From: Burkholderiaceae bacterium
Lineage (GTDB): Bacteria; Pseudomonadota; Gammaproteobacteria; Burkholderiales; Burkholderiaceae_D
Length of the DNA stretch: 45,478 nt
NCBI GenBank assembly: GCA_018262475.1
Contig: JAGSYW010000001.1
Span: 1-45,478 of the forward strand
Reading direction: 5' to 3'
The position numbers and the translations under genes are program-made. Positions 36,431 to 45,478 of this stretch are shown in pieces. Positions within the stretch are counted from its first letter, which is position 1; every line of letters begins with the position of its first letter. The notes under the pieces are model-generated. The model was not told where the DNA came from, did not search any database, and worked only from the letters and a program-made list of their open reading frames with translations.

Positions 36431-37075
36431 TCAGCCACGCCCCTTGAGCAGCACCACCAGCGCGCCAGAACCGCCATCGGCCGCCTTCGCCTGGCAAAAG
36501 GCAATCACCTCGTCCTTTTGTACCAGCCATTTGTGTACCATCTTTTTCAGCACAGGTTCCTTGTTGACCGAACCCAGTCCCTTGCCATGGATGATGCGCA
36601 CACAGCGCAAGCCGCGCTTCGTGACTTCGCGCAGAAAATCGGCCAGCGAATCGCGCGCTTCATCGCGCCGCATGCCATGCAGATCGAATTCATCCTGAAT
36701 CACCCAGTGCCCTTTGCGCAGCTTGCGCACCACGTCTGGGCCAATGCCATCGCGCCGGTAGCTCAATGCCTCATCAACTTCGAGCAGCGTGGTCACATCG
36801 AATTCGTCCGACATTGCAGCGCGCAGCACTTCGCGCTCGTCCGCATGGCGCTGGTGCGGGATCGGTTGCGGCGGCGATGCCATGACATCTGCCCTGTTCT
36901 GTCGCGCCAGTGGCGTCACATCCCCGACCGCACGCCGGAAAATATCGGCCTCGCACTGCATTTCGCGTTCCTGCCGCGCACGCTCGCGCGCGGTCGCCTC
37001 CTGCTCTTCCTTCAGCTTTTTCAGCGCCTTGCCCAGTTTCTTGAGGTCGGCCAGATCCTTGAACGATTCAGACAT
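36431..37075 (-). CDS. Smr-domain protein (Smr/MutS2 C-terminal family)
   Basis: Internal ATG at 37073-37075. C-terminal Smr domain: DLHGMRRDEARDSLADFL...VRIIHGKGLGS. Confidence 0.85.
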   Translation of the reverse strand: MSESFKDLADLKKLGKALKKLKEEQEATARERARQEREMQCEADIFRRAVGDVTPLARQNRADVMASPPQPIPHQRHADEREVLRAAMSDEFDVTTLLEVDEALSYRRDGIGPDVVRKLRKGHWVIQDEFDLHGMRRDEARDSLADFLREVTKRGLRCVRIIHGKGLGSVNKEPVLKKMVHKWLVQKDEVIAFCQAKAADGGSGALVVLLKGRG

Positions 37076-37088
37076 GAAGCAACCCTGC

Positions 37089-38144
<1,056 letters not shown>

Positions 38145-38208
38145 TTAAGATTTGAAATTATAGACGAACAGGGCAAAATATCGCCCCCGCATTAACGCAC
38201 GAAGCATA

Positions 38209-40539
<2,331 letters not shown>

Positions 40540-40541
40540 AA

Positions 40542-41186
40542 ATGCTTAACCGCCTCGGCGCCCGTTGCGCCCTTCTCGCTGCCATCACCATGTCTGCCCT
40601 GTTGCCTGCGCTGGCGCAGGCTGGCGCGGTTGAACAATTCAAGACCTTCATTGCATCCACCCGTTCGGCCAAAGGCGAATTCAGCCAGCATCTGGTGAAA
40701 ATGGCCGATGGCAAAGCCAGCGTTGCGAAACGCTCCAGCGGCAGCTTCGTCTTTGCCCGCCCGGGCAAATTCATCTGGACCTACCACAAGCCATATGAAC
40801 AGGTGATTCAGGCGGACGGCAAGGATGTGTTCATCTACGACAAGGATCTGAACCAGGTCACGGTCAGGAAGCTCGGCAATGCGCTCGGTTCCAGCCCGGC
40901 GGCGATCCTGTTCGGCAGCAACCGGGTCGAACAGAATTTCACGCTGAAGGAAGCCGGCACGAAACAGGGCATCGAATGGCTGGAAGCTGTGCCGAAAGCG
41001 AAAGACACCACCTTCCGCCAGATCGGCATTGGCATGAAAAACGGTGTGCCTGTGGCGATGGAACTGCACGACTCGTTCGGCCAGGTCTCGGCTCTGACGT
41101 TCCACAAATTCGACCGCAACCCACCGGTTTCATCCAGCCAGTTCAAGTTCGTCATGCCGAAAGGCGCTGACGTCTACCGGCAATAA
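40542..41186 (+). CDS. lolA: Outer-membrane lipoprotein carrier LolA
   Basis: 214 aa with a signal peptide, F..F...RSAKGEF.Q, and the conserved position right after ftsK. Confidence 0.9.
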   Translation: MLNRLGARCALLAAITMSALLPALAQAGAVEQFKTFIASTRSAKGEFSQHLVKMADGKASVAKRSSGSFVFARPGKFIWTYHKPYEQVIQADGKDVFIYDKDLNQVTVRKLGNALGSSPAAILFGSNRVEQNFTLKEAGTKQGIEWLEAVPKAKDTTFRQIGIGMKNGVPVAMELHDSFGQVSALTFHKFDRNPPVSSSQFKFVMPKGADVYRQ

Positions 41187-41206
41187 TTCACCATCCGGAG
41201 GCACGA

Positions 41207-42334
41207 ATGAACCAGACAACCGAACGGCCTCCCGAACTTGCACCCGACCTGCCTCGCCTCGCCATCCGCTCACTGGTGCCGGTGGCTGTGTTGCTGGCCG
41301 CGCTGGCGCTACTGCCGTTCTGGCCCGGCGGCGGCGCAATCCGCTGGCTCGGCATCGTGCTGGCAGGCGCTGCCCTGCTGCTGTTCTGCCTGGCTGTACT
41401 GCGTATCCTTGCTCCCTTAGCGCAACGCATTCGGCAGGACGCCGACCTGCTGGCCGAGCGCGAACAGGATCTGGAACAACTGCTGGCCGCCTGCCCAAGC
41501 GCAATGCTGCTAGTTGATGCGGAAACCCTCGCTATTGTGCGAGCAAACCGCAAGCTGCTCGAACTGACTAGCCGCGCATCAGGCGAACTGGACGGCCTCG
41601 CGCTGGAGAGCCTGCTCGCGCCCGGTTCCGGCACGAACCGCGATTTTATCGATAAGATTCAGGGCGCCCGAACATTGAACGAATTCGAAATCGCACTGCT
41701 CGACCGGAAAAATGACGTGGTCGAATCGCTGGTATCGACCAGCGCGTTGCGCTTTGGCGGACGCGACGCGCTGCTGCTCGGCTTCACCGACATCAACGAA
41801 CTGCGGCAGGCGCAGCACAGCCACGAATACTATGCCAGCTACGACGAACTGACCGGCCTGACCAACCGCCGCACCGGGTTGATGTTCCTGGAAAAAGCAA
41901 TGGCACGCGCGTGGCGCGAAAGTAGTCCGCTAACAGTGATTCACGCCGACCTCGACGGGCTGAAACAGACGAATGAAATTTACGGCCATGCGGCAGGCGA
42001 CCGGCTGATCCGCGCCGCCGCCAACATCATGACCGGCCTGATCCGCAGCTCCGATTTCGCCGTGCGCCTTGGTGGCAACAAATTCCTGATAATCCTGCCC
42101 AACTGCGCGCCGGACAATGCACAACGGATTGCCGGCAACCTTGAACACTTGCTGGCCGCGCTCAAGGCCGAAGACGATCGCCGCCACGTGCTTTATGCCA
42201 TCAGCTGCGGCATCGCCGGCTATGCCTCCGACGTGCATGCCACGGCAGAGGAACTGATCACCGCCGCCGCGTCAGCACGCGCGCAGGCAAACCAAACGGT
42301 GTCCGCAAGCACCGAGGTCACGCTCCCGGCCTGA
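41207..42334 (+). CDS. Membrane-anchored PAS protein with a degenerate GGDEF domain (GGNKF, RxxD I-site retained)
   Basis: GGAGG SD motif. 2 TM helices, a PAS-like region, then DELTGLTNRR...IRSSDFAVRLGGNKFLIIL. Confidence 0.85.
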   Translation: MNQTTERPPELAPDLPRLAIRSLVPVAVLLAALALLPFWPGGGAIRWLGIVLAGAALLLFCLAVLRILAPLAQRIRQDADLLAEREQDLEQLLAACPSAMLLVDAETLAIVRANRKLLELTSRASGELDGLALESLLAPGSGTNRDFIDKIQGARTLNEFEIALLDRKNDVVESLVSTSALRFGGRDALLLGFTDINELRQAQHSHEYYASYDELTGLTNRRTGLMFLEKAMARAWRESSPLTVIHADLDGLKQTNEIYGHAAGDRLIRAAANIMTGLIRSSDFAVRLGGNKFLIILPNCAPDNAQRIAGNLEHLLAALKAEDDRRHVLYAISCGIAGYASDVHATAEELITAAASARAQANQTVSASTEVTLPA

Positions 42335-42342
42335 TAACCTTT

Positions 42343-42457
42343 GGGGTATATACGCAAAATAGGCTATTAGGCCAATTGTTTGGTGGCTGTTTTAAAATAC
42401 TGGCAGGAGTATATTTTTTATCCTTACTGACCAGAACGTCAGTTTGAGTCAGTTATT
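42343..42457 (+). repeat. Dispersed ~115-nt repeat, copy 4
   Basis: GGGGTATATACGCAAAATAGGCTATTAGGCCAATTGTTTGGTGGCTGTTTTAAAATACTGGCAGGAGTATATTTTTTATCCTTACTGACCAGAACGTCAGTTTGAGTCAGTTATTT. It begins 8 nt after the stop of the upstream gene. Confidence 0.8.
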
Positions 42458-42609
42458 TGGACGTTCTGACAGAGCCCACGCAATGCAGGAAAACAGAACC
42501 AGAGCGAATGGCGGCTTTTGCCGCAAAGGCAAATAGAATTCAGCCACTCTTTTCAACACCACCTGCAGACCAACCAGCAGACCATCAGTCAGCCATCAAC
42601 CGATCTAGC

Positions 42610-43020
42610 ATGAACGAACGAAACCTATCTGATGCCGACCAAATCCGCGCAGCCAGAACGGCGCAAACCGCCGCCATCGCCCAAGGCGATTTCGAGGCCA
42701 TCCCGACATTCTGGACCGAGGACATCACCGTGCGCCGTGCGCTAGGCCAAGCGGTCAACGGTGTGGAGCAAGCGCTGGCGGCGCTTAAGCCCAATGACGA
42801 TACGCCACTGGTTTATCAACGCGAAGCGGTGTCGGTCGAGGTCAGCGCGCACTGGCCGCTCGCGTTCGAGGAAGGACGCTGGTCCGGCCACCCTGGAAAT
42901 GCCAAGGCGGCGCCTGTCATCGGCGGACGTTATGCGGCGCAGTGGGTGAAGCAAGGTGGCCGCTGGCTGATCCGATCCGAAGTGTTCGTCGCACTGACTC
43001 GCTCCGGCACTGAAAACTGA
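42610..43020 (+). CDS. SnoaL-like / DUF4440 (NTF2-fold) protein
   Basis: Internal ATG at 42610. 136 aa. The pattern ...F..DITVRR..G....G.......W..QGGRWLIRSEVF is typical of NTF2-like small proteins. Confidence 0.65.
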   Translation: MNERNLSDADQIRAARTAQTAAIAQGDFEAIPTFWTEDITVRRALGQAVNGVEQALAALKPNDDTPLVYQREAVSVEVSAHWPLAFEEGRWSGHPGNAKAAPVIGGRYAAQWVKQGGRWLIRSEVFVALTRSGTEN

Positions 43021-43249
43021 CAGCGTAAGCATTGTCGAAAAATCATCGACAGTCAGCTTTCGACAAAAAATGACGACAACGAGATTGATTCCCTGTTGCA
43101 AATGACGATGATGAAGAAAATCTCGACATTATCACAAGCTTTTGAAATTAAAAGAAAAAACAGAGAATAACCTCGTCGCACCACTTTTCTTTACCACATG
43201 GCACGGGATATGCGTATATGCAAGCGTCCCAAATGGCGCCACCCCAAGC

Positions 43250-43546
43250 ATGCTGACAAGCTGTTTGAATGATGTCATTGAGACAGGGTTTGTTCTGTCT
43301 ATTTGTTTTTTGTCGGTGTGCGTCGTTCGCACCATTACTGCTATGTTACCTATCATTCCGCTCCTAATCGGCGCCATTCCGGTGCTAACTTTTGCCAGTT
43401 TCTGCGGCATTGCCATTTATTGCCTGATTTCCGAGAAAAAGCACAAGCAACAGCTTGGAAAGTACTACAACCATCCCGACCACGATCGGCCACTGTACAA
43501 CATGGGGCACTGTGACCGTTATTCGGCTGGAACCTTTTCCTGGTAA
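43250..43546 (+). CDS. Hypothetical small membrane protein (start uncertain)
   Basis: The track ORF starts at a TTG (43142). An internal ATG at 43250 would give ~98 aa with two hydrophobic helices. AT-rich context, no family recognised. Confidence 0.3.
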   Translation: MLTSCLNDVIETGFVLSICFLSVCVVRTITAMLPIIPLLIGAIPVLTFASFCGIAIYCLISEKKHKQQLGKYYNHPDHDRPLYNMGHCDRYSAGTFSW

Positions 43547-43600
43547 TCTCTCGCAAAGGTGCTATGGAGCATCATCCCCTGAAACACCCCCCCTCTCGGG

Positions 43601-43680
43601 GGGGCAACGCCAGCTGAAACCCATTCATTCGGCTTGAGTTTTCAAGGCATCCCCGAATACCGGATGGAATATGCTTTGGT
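43601..43680 (+). repeat. Probable degenerate copy 7 of the dispersed repeat (5' core only)
   Basis: GGGGCAACGCCAGCTGAAACCCATTCATTCGGCTTGAGTTTTCAAGGCATCCCCGAATACCGGATGGAATATGCTTTGG. It shares AGCTGAAA(A/C)C with copy 6 and AATAC-CGGATGG-AATAT with the core hairpin, with similar spacing. Confidence 0.35.
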
Positions 43681-43755
43681 GCGATTCAGCCCGGAAAATT
43701 CTTTTCCCGCTTTTCTCTTTGCAGTTCCCTGCTGAGGCCTGTACAGCTGCCCTGC

Positions 43756-45063
43756 CTAAAGCGCGCTGCCTGTTGTTTGCGGACGTTCGTCCAGCACTCG
43801 CACCACGCGCTGCGGATACGGCACTTCGATCTTGCATTCCTGCAATACTTTCCAGACTGCGCGGTTCACGTCCGACAGCACCTTGCCAGTGCCATTTTCC
43901 GGATCGTCTATCCAGAAACCGACGCGCAAATCCAGCCCGTCAGCGCCAAACTTGACCAGCGTCGCCGCCGGAGTCCGCACCTTCGATACGCGCGGCACCG
44001 TCGCCGTCGCCTGTTCCAACACCGGCAGCAATGCCTCGATATCGGTGTCGTAACCGACACTAACATCGGTCGTCACCCAGATGTGCGGATCAGAATATGA
44101 ATGGTTTTGCACCGCGCCGGAAACCAGCATTTCATTCGGGATAATCGATTCGATGCCGTCCAGCCCTCGCAGTACGGTAAAGCGGGTATCGATCTTCGTT
44201 ACCCGACCGTAAAACTTGTCCACCGCGATCATGTCGCCAATCGCCAGACTGCGGTCGAACAGTATGATGAAGCCGGACACATAGTTGCTGGCAATTTTCT
44301 GCATGCCAAAGCCCAGACCGACACCCAACGCGCCACCGAATACCGACAGCACGGTCAGGTCGATGCCGACCATCGACAAGCTGACCAGCACCGCCACCAG
44401 CATCAAAAGCGCGCGCGACAGACGTGACAGCACCACGCGGAACGACAGATGCACTTCCTCAATGCGCATCAGCCGCTGTTCGATTACCGCCGCGCCCCAC
44501 AGTGCCAGCAACAGGGTGATGACCACAGAAATACCGGCCTGCATCATCGCCAGAATCGAGACTTTCTTCGCGCCGATGATGAACACGATGTCGTCAAGCC
44601 AGTGCATCAACTCATTCCACAGCCCGGTGATGTGCAACGCAAACCAGCACCACAGCAGTGCCGAGAGTATCCGTTCGAGGAATTCCAGCCGACTGCCGAT
44701 CCAGCCGATGCTGATGATCAGCGGCTGCATCACCAGCAGTACAAACCGCAACAGGCTTAACGCTAGCAGGAACGACAGCGATGCGCGCAGCACATTCACG
44801 CTGTGCCACTGCATTAGCACCGGCTTCGCTACCGCCACCAGCACCAATGAAAACAGCGCCGTCAGGAAATACACGATACTGCGCGAGCCGAGACGCAAGC
44901 CCTGCGCAATCGTTTCTGCCGACAACAGTTTACGCTGCGCCAGCCGAGCCAGGTGCCAGCTGATGGCGATGGAAATCAGCAGCGTGCCTATCTGCCACAC
45001 GACCCCCGGTTCGCTCAGGTCGTGCAAAACATCAAGCAGCATGCCCGATAGCGTGATTTTCAT
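43756..45063 (-). CDS. MscS-family mechanosensitive channel
   Basis: 435 aa. Several N-terminal TM helices, then an MscS core (GVGLGFGMQKIASNYVSGFIILFDRSLAIGDMI) and a beta domain. Confidence 0.88.
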   Translation of the reverse strand: MKITLSGMLLDVLHDLSEPGVVWQIGTLLISIAISWHLARLAQRKLLSAETIAQGLRLGSRSIVYFLTALFSLVLVAVAKPVLMQWHSVNVLRASLSFLLALSLLRFVLLVMQPLIISIGWIGSRLEFLERILSALLWCWFALHITGLWNELMHWLDDIVFIIGAKKVSILAMMQAGISVVITLLLALWGAAVIEQRLMRIEEVHLSFRVVLSRLSRALLMLVAVLVSLSMVGIDLTVLSVFGGALGVGLGFGMQKIASNYVSGFIILFDRSLAIGDMIAVDKFYGRVTKIDTRFTVLRGLDGIESIIPNEMLVSGAVQNHSYSDPHIWVTTDVSVGYDTDIEALLPVLEQATATVPRVSKVRTPAATLVKFGADGLDLRVGFWIDDPENGTGKVLSDVNRAVWKVLQECKIEVPYPQRVVRVLDERPQTTGSAL

Positions 45064-45087
45064 CGATGCTTTTCCATCATGCGTTTT

Positions 45088-45478
45088 TCATGCATCCGCG
45101 CCCTGATTTTGCTTTGCGGATGTCTGCGCCGCCACTTTCTTTGCCGCCACCTTGCGCTCGAACACCGCAGCAAAGAAGCCGTCGGTCTGGTGCCGGTGTG
45201 GCAGCAGCGCCAGATAATCATTCATTTCCAGCGGAATCCTCTGTTCGGCCAGCACGTCTTTCATCGGCACCAGCGCAAAATCTGGGTGCGAGGCGAGGAA
45301 TTGCGCCGCCACGTCCTCGTTTTCATCGTGCAGCAGGCTGCAGGTTGCATACACCAGCCGTCCGCCCGCCTTCACCAGTCGCGCAGCCGAATTCAGGATC
45401 GCGATCTGCTTTTGCTGCATCTCGGCCACCGTTTCCGGCGTCTGCCGCCATTTGATGTCCGGATTGCGGCGCAGCGTG
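45088..45478 (-). CDS. RsmB/NOP2/Sun-family RNA m5C methyltransferase, C-terminal part (5' end outside the window)
   Basis: The frame stays open to the window edge. ...RRNPDIKWRQTPETVAEMQQKQIAILNSAARLVKAGGRLVYATCSL...TDGFFAAVFE contains the family's catalytic TCS Cys motif. Confidence 0.8.
   Translation of the reverse strand, partial: TLRRNPDIKWRQTPETVAEMQQKQIAILNSAARLVKAGGRLVYATCSLLHDENEDVAAQFLASHPDFALVPMKDVLAEQRIPLEMNDYLALLPHRHQTDGFFAAVFERKVAAKKVAAQTSAKQNQGADA

Overview
This 45.5-kb segment is mostly housekeeping genes. Gene content and local gene order (trxB next to ftsK-lolA, thrC-moeA-moaD, nadE-glnB, minCDE) suggest a Betaproteobacterium; that is inference, not a search result. I support about 47 protein-coding genes and one clear pseudogene. 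I saw no rRNA, tRNA, CRISPR array or intact transposase/integrase. The ORF track treats TTG as a start codon, so I re-checked many starts against the sequence and moved them to internal ATGs with a Shine-Dalgarno (SD) ribosome-binding motif.

The strongest signal not explained by genes is a dispersed intergenic repeat of about 115 nt. It has six clear copies and one degenerate copy. Each copy has a conserved 5' core, and the 3' end is a swappable hairpin/terminator module. Most copies point the same way as the gene just upstream. It could be a miniature transposable element (MITE-like), or a family of small RNA or terminator cassettes. I could not match it from memory to any repeat family I know.

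Other points worth a second look:
- A 3.3-kb insertion (chemoreceptor plus NPPW methyltransferase) separates moaD from moaE, with a structured 110-nt spacer at one edge.
- A decayed AT-rich islet holds a 5'-truncated racemase pseudogene and a possible tyrosine-recombinase remnant.
- Two of the three GGDEF proteins have dead active sites but keep the RxxD I-site.
- One membrane protein carries all the NOX/FRE hallmarks of a bacterial NADPH-oxidase homologue.
- A SET-domain methyltransferase sits next to a small conserved protein.
- Both Mg2+ transporter genes (mgtA, corA) have terminator-like structures in their leaders.

All calls come from reading translations and motifs by eye. No database search was run.
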